Part shown: positions 51,613 through 63,900 of the stretch, piece by piece
Layout: every line of letters begins with the position of its first letter
Position numbering within the stretch: position 1 is the first letter of the stretch
NCBI GenBank assembly: GCA_950097015.1
Contig: CATNEN010000007.1
Location: forward strand, 5,456,001-5,520,000
Origin: Macrostomum hystrix
Lineage: Eukaryota > Animalia > Platyhelminthes
Length of the DNA stretch: 64,000 nt
Reading direction: 5' to 3'
Notes under the pieces: generated by a model
The model's database searches: none
Seen by the model: only the letters and a program-made list of their open reading frames with translations
What the model was told of the DNA's origin: nothing
Made by a program: the position numbers and the translations under genes

Positions 51613-52152
51613 GGCAGTCCCACACTCTGATCCTTCACTGACTGGCAGTCCAACACTCTGATCCTTCACTGACTGGCAGTCCCACACTCTGATCCTTCAC
51701 TGACTGGCAGTCCCACACTCTGATCCTTCACTGACTGGCAGTCCCACACTCTGATCCTTCACTGACTGGCAGTCCAACACTCTGATCCTTCACTGACTGG
51801 CAGTCCCACACTCTGATCCTTCACTGACTGGCAGTCCCACACTCTGATCCTTCACTGACTGGCAGTCCCACACTCTGATCCTTCACTGACTGGCAGTCCC
51901 ACACTCTGATCCTTCACTGACTGGCAGTCCCACACTCTGATCCTTCACTGACTGGCAGTCCCACACTCTGATCCTTCACTGACTGGCAGTCCCACACTCT
52001 GATCCTTCACTGACTGGCAGTCCCACACTCTGATCCTTCGCTGACTGGCAGTCCCGCACTCTGATCCTTCACTGACTGGCAGTCCCACACTCTGATCCTT
52101 CGCTGACTGGCAGTCCCACACTCTGATCCTTCACTGACTAGCAGTCCCACAC
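51613..52152. repeat. 31-bp minisatellite GGCAGTCCCACACTCTGATCCTTCACTGACT
   Basis: About 17 copies between NTPCR and ERCC6L. Confidence 0.95.
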
Positions 52153-52208
52153 TTTATTGTACTATTATTTTAGATTTTGACTTGCACTTTTCCAGATCTA
52201 TTAGTACT

Positions 52209-55200
52209 ATGTCCGGTAACCATGGCAACACAGTGGACGCTGACGGTGTCCAATCGCCGCAGAGCGAGTCCCGCCGTCTAGTTAGCGAGGCCAAGCGGCT
52301 ATTCGAGGCCGGCAATTTGAGTGGCAGCCTGGCCAGCTGCAAGGCGGCCTACGCCATTAAGCCCAGCGAGCAGCTGCAGCGCCGGATTGAACGCCTCGAG
52401 CAGCACATTGCCGACCTGGCTAAGGAAGACGAAGAGGAGGATGAGGAGGAGGACGGTGAACAAGACGTTGGCGACGAGAATCGCAACAGCGAAGTTGACG
52501 CTGACGATGTCGACTTTGTTGAGCCGTCGTCGTTAATGTCGTCGCGTTACAAGCCAACGATGCAGACGAAAGCCAAATCTAGACATCGAGACGCTGATGA
52601 CGATGTCGACGACTACAGCAGTTGGCGCCGAGAGCAGAAGCAGCTGCATCATTATCCACAGCAGAGGCGTCGGTCGCCGCCGCCAATGCAGTCCAAGTCT
52701 CCGCTGGGCATGTCGAATAGCGTCGGCAGCAGCTCCGGCGGAGACGGCGGTCGAGCCGAAGTCTGTCCCGGATTCCAACTGAGCAAGCGGCTATTCGACA
52801 AGCTCTACGATCACCAGAGGGCGGGCGTCTCCTGGCTGTACGGCCTGCACAAGACTGGCAAAGGCGGCATCCTGGCAGACGATATGGGCCTTGGTGAGTT
52901 TGTCCCAATGACAGTCAGTGAGCAGCTTGTCCCAATGACAGTCAGTGAGCAGCTTGTCCCAATGACAGTCAGTGAGCAGCTTGTCCCCATGACAGTCATT
53001 GAGCAGCTTGTCCCAATGACAGTCAGTGAGCAGCTTGTCCCAATGACAGTCATTGAGCAGCTTGTCCCCATGACAGTCAGTGAGCAGCTTGTCACCATGA
53101 CAGTCAGTGAGCAGCTTGTCCCAGTGACAGTCAGTGAGCAGCTTGTCCCCATGACAGTCAGTGAGCAGCTTGTCCCCATGACAGTCAGTGAGCAGCTTGT
53201 CCCCATGACAGTCAGTGAGCAGCTTGTCCCCATGACAGTCAGTGAGCAGCTTGTCCCCATGACAGTCAGTGCCATTATTTGTCACGCCACCATCCGCAGG
53301 CAAGACCATTCAGTCAATTTCATTCATTCGCGGCTTATTCGACGCAAGCGAGATTCGCTCCGTGCTGCTTATCATGCCGGTGTCCCTCATAGCAACCTGG
53401 CGGCAGGAGTTTGACAAATGGGCGCCCAACATCCCTGTGTACATGTACCACGGACAGACCAAGCGCCAGATGGAGTATGACCTGTCGCGAGTGCAGCGCC
53501 GTTCCGGAGTGCTCATCACAACCTACGGCATGGTAGTATCCTCCTGGGAGTCACTGGCCTGCGACCACAGCCGGCGAACCTTCGTGTGGGATTACGTAAT
53601 CCTTGACGAGGGTCACAAGATCAAGAATTCCAGCAGGAAGACTTCTAAGGTGCGATGACTGTGTGTCTATCTAGTTACCTGCTAGTTTATCCACCTGTCC
53701 TTAGACTCGCCATAGACAAAGACTGATATTTTATTGCTTAACTTTGACAGGGAGTCTTTGCCATCGACGCCAAGCACCGAATCATTCTGACTGGCACAGC
53801 TGTGCAAAATAACCTGATGGAGCTGTGGACCCTGTTTGACTTTGTACATCACGGCACCCTGCTGGGCACGCAGAAGACCTTCAAGACCGAGTACGAGCGG
53901 CCCATCAATCGGTCGCGCGAGAAGGATGCTACAGCATCTGAGCGTCGTTATGGTGACCAGATGGCCCAGAGCCTGAAGTCTCGCATTGATCCGTACTTTC
54001 TGCGCCGCACCAAGAGCCAGATTCAGGCAAACAGTAAGCAGCAGCAGCAGCAGCAGCCGGGCCAGCCGTCAGCGGGACCGGCGATGCCTTCGCTGACGCG
54101 CAAGAATGACATTGTAGTGTGGCTGTACATGTCTGAAACCCAACTGAACATCTACCGCGACTTCCTGCAACTTGATCAGGTATGAACCCCGGCTTATATA
54201 AAGGCGGCTTATATAACTAAAAAAATTACAGAAGGGCTGTGGGCAATGGCACATCATAATTTGATGACGCTTGACCCGCAGCCTGCTAAGAGGCAATTGT
54301 GCCCATTTCGCTGACTTCTTTGCACACACGCACACTGATACACAGGTGTGTACATCTGCTCTGACTTTCTCAATATCAGGCAGTGTACACTCTCACTGAG
54401 CCTTGGAGGTTGGTCCTCAATGGCACAGGTGTGTACATCTGCTCTGACTTTCTCAATATCAGGCAGTGTACACTCTCACTGAGCCTTGGAGGTTGGTCCT
54501 CAATGGCACAGGTGTGTACATCTGCTCTGACTTTCTCAATATCAGGCAGTGTACACTATCACTGAGCCTTGGAGGTTGGTCCTCAATGGCACAGGTGTGT
54601 ACATCTGCTCTGACTTTCTCAATATCAGGCAGTGTACACTATCACTGAGCCTTGGAGGTTGGTCCTCAATGGCGTAAAAATTAATGCGGCCTTGCCGCGT
54701 AATCGAGCTCGGAGACTTTAGTGCGAGAGGCAAATGCATTCAATATGATACAATATGATACCACAGCGAATCCAACTTCCCATAAATTTATTAGGTCAAA
54801 GCGCTGCTATTGAAGAGCAATCGTCGATCGCCTCTAGTCGAACTGACGGTATTAAAGAAAATCTGCGATCATCCGCGTCTACTGTCGGCCAACCAGTGCC
54901 AGGACCTGGGCCTCAGCCGGGCTGAGAACATGCTGGACGATAGCCGTGCCGCCTGCCAGCTGCCCGTGTCGATGCTGCTGCAGGAGAGCTGCAAGATGGC
55001 CTTCCTAGCTGATCTATTGGCCAAGCTCAAAGCCGAGCATCATCGCACTCTGATTTTCTCCAGGTCGCGCAAGATGTTAGACATCGCCGAACTAATCTTG
55101 TGCGATCGGGGCCATCGTCTGATTCGACTAGACGGTCGGATCACTCAAGTGTCCGACAGACAGGACATTGTAGAGAGATTCTCTCGGGATAAGACCATTG

Positions 55201-58200
55201 ACGCCTTCCTGCTAACCACACAGGTTAGTCTCATTAAGCATGTACGCCAGGTGAATAAATTCTATAATGAATGCCATCAATATGTACATACAGGTTGGCG
55301 GCGTAGGCCTCACGCTGACTGCGGCCGATCGCGTAGTGATCTTAGACCCGTCCTGGAATCCGGCGGTGGATGCCCAGGCCGTTGATCGGGCCTTTCGCAT
55401 TGGCCAACAGCGCAATGTACTTATTTACCGGCTAATCACCTGCGGCACTATTGAAGAGAAAATCTATCGCCGTCAGGTGTTCAAGGACGGCATCACCAGG
55501 CAGACTACAGGCATTGGCGAGGCTGACAAGGATCCATTCAGGTGAGGCCTGAGCACTAGCTAGATTTGGCCGAGTGTTAGGGATAATAATAATTTTTGCC
55601 CGGCAGCTCTGGGTCCCAGCCCACATTTCCACTGACCGCTGAGCACAATCACGTGCTCACTTTGTACTTTTGCCCGAATTTTTTATCGTCAAGCAGCAGG
55701 ATCGACCTCCCACCAGCGGTGAAGAAGTTCGCGAGCGCGGTGTCCCGCAGGTACCGGGCTAACAGGTAGATGTTCTCGGGTCTGCAAACGCCAGAGAGGT
55801 CACGGTTGGAGCTGCAGAAAGGGCACCTTTTCTCCAGCACTTGCGCGTTTGCACGTTAGTGCCGTCTGTACCGCTAAACTTGGGCGGTAGCAATGCTGAC
55901 TGGCGCTGGCGCTGTGTTCTCGCTGTAAGAATCGATAACAAGATAAGTTCCAAGTACGAAGTGTATTTGGCGTACACCATAAAGAGATCAGATATTATTT
56001 ACGCTTGTAAATACAGCGATATCGATCCGTCAGCGGCTAGTGTCGCTGGCTCACTTTCCAATGGTCGCTGGTTCGTTCCTCCATCCAAGTCACGATTATT
56101 TCGGGGCTTAGTTGGAGGTTTGCGAAGTAGTGACTTGGGGAGATGCACCTTATTCTGTGCAACCAAAGCTAATTTATAATAGCTTAACCCCTGCCTTCTG
56201 CATGCCTGCTTGTTTGTGTTTGTGTTTGTGCGTTGTGCCGGGTGTGAGGCATTTTATGGGGGGTGAGGCCCCCCATAAAATAAATGAATGAATAATTCAA
56301 TGAATTTAATAATTTCTGATGTCGCTAGAGGCATTTGTTGCGCATATTAAGTTACGGCAGTTGGTCAGTAATTCTTGCTAATTTCTCTCTGAAAACGACT
56401 TGTCCTCAGGTACTTCACCAAGCAGGAGCTGCGCGAGTTGTTCAAGCTGGACGATCCGCACCATTCGCAGACTCAGATGCAGCTGGCTGAGCTGCACAGC
56501 GGCCAGCGCCGAACAGATCCCCAGCTAGACGAGCACCTGGCCTACCTGCACAGCCTCAACATTTTCGGCATCTCGGATCACGATCTGATGTTCTCCCAGG
56601 CCGACGCCACGGAACCGGAGGCCGATGATGGCGATCCCATCGTCAGCGCGTTCGGCGGTCTTGACTCAACGGCTGCCGCCTCCTCTGCCGGAGTCTTGAA
56701 TCAAGCCAAACTGGTTGAGCAGCGCCGGCGTCAGGTAGAAGAGACTCTGGCTCGCGAGAACGAGGAGATGGCCGGCCGGCGATTGGATCGCATCGATATG
56801 AGCCGCATGGAGCTGTCCGTGTTGCAGCCGCCCGGCTCCTCTAGGCCAGTGCACGTGCGAGAGAGGATCGAAGCGACCATGCACCAGTTTATGCCGCTGG
56901 CTCGACCCAAGATTCCTCAGGTAAATGCGGCTGTGTGTTTTGATGACTGTCGAATGTCCACTTCACTTACTCATTAAACTTTCTCTACTTTTTCAGCCGC
57001 AGCCGCGACCGCGACCCCCGGTGCCGCTTTTCCCTCCATCCTCCGTGTCCGGCTCCGCTTCGTCCTCCATCGAAGCGGCGGGTGTAACGACCGTTCCTAG
57101 CCCGCCGCCGTCGCCGCCGCCGCCGCGACCCTCCGCCACGGTTGAATCGTCTGCCAACTCTGCCCGCCTTACCCTGCCGGCCCCTAAAAATCAGTCCGTT
57201 GATGACTACGAGGACTCACCATTAGCGGCTCGACGCGGCAACACCGATGGACGCCGTCGGCTGGCCATCAACAGCTCGGACAGCTCCGACTCCGAGACCG
57301 CCGCCCTTGATGATCGTCAGCGCCGCAGTTTGAACTTTAATAAAGAAGTAAAATCTGTGGAACGCCAGCTATCCGAGAGTGTTCATGCGATGAGTGTCTC
57401 GGACGATGATGACCACACCGGCTTCAAGGCTAGAGCTGCCGCGGCCGATGGAACTGCGGGAAAGTCGCGTGTCAACTACGAGGACTCGCCAATGATAGGC
57501 CGCTACACCCGCCAGCTGGTCGTGGACTCCGACAACGACTCCGATCATAATGAACGAGCCTCGGCCGCCATGGAGGCCTCAGCTTTTGATGGCTCGCCTC
57601 AGCAGCTGCAGCAGCCACCCCAGAAGGTGATGGTGCCGTCCACGCCTGAGCAGCTCTCGGACAGCGTCATTGCGATGAGCATCTCAGAGGAAGACGGAGA
57701 CGGCGCTGCGGAGGCCGATGCCAAGGCGCCAGAGTCAGACTCGGAATCAGACGACGATTCTAACAATGAGCCGATCGAAGTGATTGAACTGTCCTCCTCG
57801 GACGAGAGCCTGCAGGAGGCTCTGCAGAGCCGGCCTGTGCACAACTTGCTGTCTCGTTCGCTGGGCGCTACAGCGGAGAGCTCTTCGGTGACGGCCGCAG
57901 CCTCTGTGGGCTCCTTCGCGGCTGACGGTGTTGCCAGTCAAAGTCGGGCACTGTTTGTCCCCGAGTCGCCTATCCACCAGGCACTGCCTCAGCAGCAGCA
58001 GCATTGGCGCCCCTCGGTGCCATCATCTGGCGGCTTCGTGGTTAACGAGACGCCGACTCCGCCACCGTCCAGTGCTGCGGTGCCTCGATTCTCTGTCGCA
58101 TCAACGCCTATCGCTGCTGGAGCCGCAGCCGCCGCCTTGGCTCGCAATATCGCCGAGAACCAGATGTCGGTCGCTGAAGACAGCGACCAGCTACTTTTTG

Positions 58201-58298
58201 AGCATTCATTGCCGGGAGAAGATCGGAGCGCCGTAGAATTTGACGCCGCGATGAGTGCAACTGAATGGTTCACTCCCGGCGTAGGACAAAATCAGTGA
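52209..58298 (+). CDS. ERCC6L: SNF2-family DNA translocase PICH; exons 52209-52893, 53300-53649, 53751-54179, 54795-55223, 55294-55541, 56410-56920, 56997-58298
   Basis: N-terminal TPR-like helices, [86 protein letters not shown] (PICH-specific). Confidence 0.95.
52894..53270. repeat. 27-bp minisatellite GTGAGCAGCTTGTCCCMATGACAGTCA starting at the intron 1 donor of ERCC6L
   Basis: About 14 copies; the first unit begins at the GT donor. Confidence 0.95.
54225..54742 (-). mobile_element. SINE family A copy with an internal 83-bp segment tandemly amplified x4
   Basis: Head and tail match 19870-20190; the 83-bp unit repeats over 54341-54672. Confidence 0.85.
55650..56293 (+). mobile_element. 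Possible 5'-truncated LINE 3' end in ERCC6L intron 5
   Basis: Degenerate coding-like block ending in a perfect 13-bp hairpin, AATAAA and an (ATGA)n tail. Confidence 0.4.
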
Positions 58299-58681
58299 TT
58301 AACTTTGTGCTTGAATAGAGTCCACAGTTTCAGCTTTTTTCCTGAAATTTAGTTAGGAAAAAAAGTTACCAGATGTTGTGGTCTTTTCTTGCGTTCATTT
58401 AATTAGTTTTACAACTGACAATTCCCACCCGATTTTGCCTCAAATCAGAACCAAACTGGGTCCCAAATCCTTAAAAAGTAATGACATATGCGAAAAACTC
58501 GTACTTTTAAGCAAAATTCTACTCGTAAAAAGCATTTATGCGCTTTTTGCTTCCTTTTTTATAAATTTTCCTGTTTAAAAGACGTTTTGTAAACGATAAT
58601 ATCTTTTTTAGTTTTGTTTATTTTCACAAGATCATTACAAGCGAACTATGTTTATATATAATTAGTAGTGTTATAATAATT

Positions 58682-59415
58682 GGGCCAAATAATTGGCTTG
58701 ACCAATTAAAAACGTTGCAGAATCTATCTGGCCGGGCCAAATTAATGGCTTGACCAATTAAAAACGTTGCAGAATCTATCTGGTCGGGCCAAATTAATGG
58801 CTTGACCAATTAAAAACGTTGCAGAATCTATCTGGCCGGGCCAAATTAATGGCTTGACCAATTAAAAACGTTGCAGAATCTATCTGGTCGGGCCAAATTA
58901 ATGGCTTGACCAATTAAAAACGTTGCAGAATCTATCTGGCCGGGCCAAATTAATGGCTTGACCAATTAAAAACGTTGCAGAATTTTTCTGGCCGGGCCAA
59001 ATTAATGGCTTGACCAATTAAAAACGTTGCAGAATCTATCTGGCCGGGCCAAATTAATGGCTTGACCAATTAAAAACGTTGCAGAATCTATCTGGCCGGG
59101 CCAAATTAATGGCTTGACCAATTAAAAACGTTGCAGAATCTATCTGGCCGGGCCAAATTAATGGCTTGACCAATTAAAAACGTTGCAGAATTTTTCTGGC
59201 CGGGCCAAATTAATGGCTTGACCAATTAAAAACGTTGCAGAATTTTTCTGGCCGGGCCAAATTAATGGCTTGACCAATTAAAAACGTTGCAGAATTTATC
59301 TGGCCGTGCCAAATAATTGGCTTGACCAATTAAAAACGTTGCAGAATCTATCTGGCCGGGCCAAATTAATGGCTTGACCAATTAAAAACGTTGCAGAATT
59401 TATCTGGCTGGTCCG
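58682..59415. repeat. 52-bp minisatellite, about 14 copies
   Basis: GGGCCAAATTAATGGCTTGACCAATTAAAAACGTTGCAGAATCTATCTGGCC. Confidence 0.95.
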
Positions 59416-59699
59416 GCCAGATACAGTGACAGTGCTGCTGCATGGATTCATCTTTTCCTAGGTCACATTTACGAGTCTTTTATGTGGTAAAAATCAAAAC
59501 TTTTCTGCCTCGAAGAAATAAAAAAAGTTTGGCAGTTTGGATGAATGTCTGCTGTCTCAGCAGAGTAATTTTATTTGCAGTGTATTTAATTAGCTCGCAC
59601 AGTTGCAGCTGTCAGCCGTAGGTTTGCCAGTATCTCCGCCTCAGCCTTAATCGAGCCACGGCTCCTAGTGGCCCAGCGTTGCCGTTCCTCTCTTCCAGC

Positions 59700-59864
59700 T
59701 TATCTTCTTCTTTCGCCCTTTGTCACCGTGAGGTATGGGGCCCATACCTCGATCCAAGCGTCGCCGTCGTCTTCGGCATCGCCGTCCTCTTCCGCCGCTG
59801 TGTGCATCTCCAGCATCGGCAGTAGCAGAACTGCAGCCACCAGTAGAAGCCGCAGCCAACTCAT
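59700..59864 (-). CDS. Possible small secreted peptide (54 aa) or first coding exon
   Basis: MSWLRLLLVAAVLLLPMLEMHTAAEEDGDAEDDGDAWIEVWAPYLTVTKGERRR; signal-peptide-like N-terminus; below the ORF track cutoff. Confidence 0.35.
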   Translation of the reverse strand: MSWLRLLLVAAVLLLPMLEMHTAAEEDGDAEDDGDAWIEVWAPYLTVTKGERRR

Positions 59865-60296
59865 TACATTTGACTTGGGCCTTATTTTCGTGAATTGCTC
59901 TGTAGCACAATAACACTGACTGTGCGGCGAGTGACTCGAGAATTATATAGAACTCGGCAACTGTACAGAAAACTGCTCATCTTTTATCTGCAGCTCCTAC
60001 CCATTGTGTGACAATAACAGTAAGAGAGGTTGACCAAATAAATGCTAGCCATTTGCACCTGCTGCTCCGAGTGCGATCTGATATTAATTTCCACAAAAGA
60101 CTGCACACCTCATGCGCGTGCTTTGCTAGATGTCCCGCGGGCCAAACAAATAATAAAACACACACGGCGGATCTGATTGACAGTAGTACAGATGAGGCAT
60201 AAGCGAAATGAGTTGAATGGGATTCAATAAAGGGTTAGAAGTTTCTTAAAGTTGCATTCCCTAAAGCTAGTAATTGTACTTACATTACTTACCACA

Positions 60297-60537
60297 TGTC
60301 TTTACTTCAAGTGATTTACGAAGCGAAGCGAGTTGAAGTCATGAAATAAATTGAATCTTCGCAGTAAGAAACCGTCTTTACGGCCAAACCTCAAACGAGA
60401 CAGAGAGCGCAATGGGGGGTTGGGGTACAATCGTGGAGAGTAGCAGGGCAGGGGGAAGGAGGGGGGTGCAGCGATTTAGAAAAGAGAGACACAATCAGAG
60501 CAAGTACAAACAAGTCGCGTAACCAAAAGTCGCTACA
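60297..60537 (-). repeat. 3' LTR (241 bp, TGT...ACA)
   Basis: Preceded by polypurine tract GGGGGAG (60544-60538); 60297-60384 is identical to 63913-64000. Confidence 0.92.
60340..60384 (-). other. Spliced-leader exon-like 45-mer in the 3' LTR
   Basis: GCCGTAAAGACGGTTTCTTACTGCGAAGATTCAATTTATTTCATG; 3 differences from the Macrostomum lignano SL as I recall it. Confidence 0.85.
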
Positions 60538-61072
60538 CTCCCCCAAATGACAAAGACTGTCATTTCGAGTTCGAACTAAGCATTAAACAATTGAACAAGG
60601 GCAACGGAACAAAAAAACGACAATTTTGAGAGACTGAAAGGGACACAAGTACGAGCATTGACGAAAAAAATGTGTCCTCCACGAAGATTAAGCAATGACG
60701 TACGATTTTACGAGTAGATAGATTAGTTGGCCAAAAATTAACAAAACTGACAACGACCTAGCCGACAGAAATTATATTGAAATTTACGTTACAAGTACGT
60801 TTACGAGTCACGAGTCCCTCATTAACATATTGAATGATGATATGATAATTTGCAACCGAGTTGTGACGCAAAAACTAAATGACTGAATGATAACTACAGG
60901 GTACAAATGAGGGTCAGGGAAGCAAAAAAGGTGTAAGTGAATGAGAACAGATGGAAACGCGATAACAAGAGTCGAGAACAAAAAATGAGCAAAAATTATC
61001 AAGGTAGCTGATCTCGCACCAATGAACAGAACAGAAGAATTTAGAGAAACAGAGATCCGAGACGGAGACCGA

Positions 61073-63724
61073 TTAGATGCACAATTCAAGAGGAATGAGA
61101 GCTTGGACAGGCCGTCTGATGCGCTCAGCCCCCCGAGAGCCCCTTTCCTTCGCCAGACGTACAACTGCGGAACGAACGGCACCATCTCGACCCTCACGGA
61201 CAGACTCTACCACACCCATCTTCCATTGCAGTCTTGGCTGATGCGGCTCTCCCTGAACCAAAACGACGTCTCCGGGTTTTGCAACTGGTCCTCCTCCATG
61301 CGACTTGAGCGCTTTCTCACGCAGGGCGGTGACATATGACGTTTTCCATACATCCCAAAAAACATTCAACGCTCTTCTGAGATGTTTGAGTCGAGCTGGC
61401 AATGGCAGGACGTTGGCGATACGGTTCGACGAGAGAGTTGGCTCCTGAGTCAACCGAGTTCCGAAGAGAAAGTGCGCAGGCGTCAATACGTCGTTGATCT
61501 CATCCGCCGACACATACATAAGTGGTCGACTGTTCACCACAGATTCCATTTCGATAACCGAAGTTGATAGCTCATCGAATGTTAGCAGAGCTTTGCCAAT
61601 GCTCTTTTTCAATCCATCCTTAATGATTCCAACGAGTCTTTCCCAAAATCCGCCCCACCACGGGGCCTTCTCCGGAATGAACTCCCAAGAGATTTTCTTG
61701 TTGGCACAGAATGATTGAACTTCATAGCTGGTGCTAGCTCCGAGAATATTCGCGGCAGCCTTAACGTCTTGGCATTGTCACTGATGATGGAAGGTATTCC
61801 GCGACGACTGACAAAACGACGTAATCCATTCAAGAACTGCGATGCGGTCATGTCAGGAAGCAGTTCCAGATGCACTGCGCGAGTCGATGAGCATGTGAGA
61901 AGTATAATGTACGCCTTCCGAGATTCACAACCATCCTCCCCCGTCCGATAGAATATCGGACCACAGTAGTCCACGCCGACTGATTGAAAGGGTCGGATGT
62001 CGGAAAGGCGAAACTCAGGCAGCTGAGAGATCTGAGGTACAACGTATGAGCGTCCTTGAACCTTCCTACACACCACACACTTCGATAATTCGTGCTTGGT
62101 TCGTTGACGTCCCTTCAGAATCCAATATTTTTCACGAACTTTACTAAGCGTTGAGGCAACTCCCCCGTGAGCAACGGACTGATGAGCTTGTCGAATAATG
62201 AGCTGCTCCAAGTGACTGTGGCGAGGTACTAAGATAGGACTATTAACTTCGAAGGACAGTGCGGAAATACGACCTTGTGAACGCAAAAGTCCCTTATCAT
62301 CTAATCACAGATTCAAGTTCCTGTTCAGATGTGTTGCAGCAGAGCTACGCCGAATGTGATCGATTTCCTTTGAAAACGATTCCCTTTGAATTGACCTTAC
62401 CAATAGGACTTCTGCATCAGTCAACTCTTCGGCGGTCACCGTCCTTGATTTATTGACTAACGATTGAGCTCGAGCACTCCGTAGGTTGCGGACAAATCTT
62501 TGTACCCATGCTAGGACGCGTAAAACTCTCGAATAGTTCGAAAACTTGCCTATGTCAATGATTAAAGAGATACGATCGACGTTCTTAGATTCCATGGGCT
62601 GTTCAGCGACTGTTGATAGTGCTTCTGCAGAGTTATGATCTTCCGCGACTGTGCTCGAATGCTTATCTTCAGACGAAACTGGGTAGATGCCTGATCGAAG
62701 AAATTCGGGACCACTAAACCACACCTTGTTTTTCTGTAGCTGCCCTGGAAGTAAGCCTCGAGATGGCAGGTCGGCGGGGTTCAGTTCCCCGGGAACATGT
62801 CGCCACTCGGACGTTGACGTGAGAGTCCGGATCTCCTTAACGCGGTTTTGAACGAAAACTTGGCGAAGCTTGTCGGTGTTGGTGATCCACTGCAGAGTTG
62901 TCTTGCTGTCTGTCCAGAGATAACGCGTCATGCTGGGAAATTGCAGACACCGTGCGTATTAGACGAGCTAAGATTAGGGCTCCCAGCAGTTCTAGTCTAG
63001 CGATGCTAAGATTTGATAGCGGTGCTACGCGCGTTTTGGCCTGAATTAAATGCGTTGAAACGTTGTTTGTTTCCGACCGGGCCTGAATGTAGACACAGGC
63101 AGCGTAAGCAGATTCGCTTGCATCACAGAATCCATGTAATTCCATTCGAACTGGCTCCGAATCGAGATCGGCGAAAAGGTAGCGAGGAACTTCGAAGCGT
63201 GAGCTCGACAACGACTGTAACCAACGGTTCCAACTCTCGGCGATATCTGGCGGAAGTTCGTCGTCCCAACCCGACTTGCGAACACACAGTTTCTGTAGCA
63301 TCACCTTGACAACAGTCAAAGAGGGTGACAAGATTCCTAACGGATCGTACACAGACGCAAGTACTCCTAGCATCGACCTCTTGGTTGAAGAGGATCCGTT
63401 GACGTGGGTAACTAGCTCAGAAAACTGCATGACGAATGTGTCCCTGACCGAGTCCCAGTGGAGTCCAAGCACTTTTTCTGTATGACCAACATCCTGATCG
63501 GGTAGCGAGCTGTTGAACGAATCTGAGTTGGATTTCCACTGTCGCATATTCATGCCAGCCAGGTTGAAGATATTTTTTGCATCTTTGTAGAGATTGAATG
63601 CGTCACTTAGAGATTTACAGCTTGTCACTAAATTGTCGACGTACAAGTCTTTGCGAATAATCTCAGCGGCGAGTGGAAAATTATTCTTCTGGCTATCAAT
63701 GTGTTGAAGGACCCTAGCTCTCAA
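61073..63724 (-). pseudogene. Fragmented pol (partial RT, RNase H, integrase)
   Basis: Four consecutive ORFs separated by frameshifts near 62930, 62295 and 61760. Confidence 0.9.
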
Positions 63725-63900
63725 GACACCAGGAGAGCACGTAAAACTGGCTCAAGACTGGCAGGCGTGAGCCAGTAGACGGGAGAGCGAGCGAGGCCGG
63801 CAGCAGACGAAGAGGCGAGCGAGACCGGCAGCATACAAAGAGGTGAGCGAGACCGCCAGCAACTTCGACCGAATCGATGAGAAGACGACTGACAGACGGC

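Noticed and set aside
60340-60384. Bona fide SL RNA gene
   Set aside because: No GT donor or Sm-binding site after CATG; embedded in LTRs
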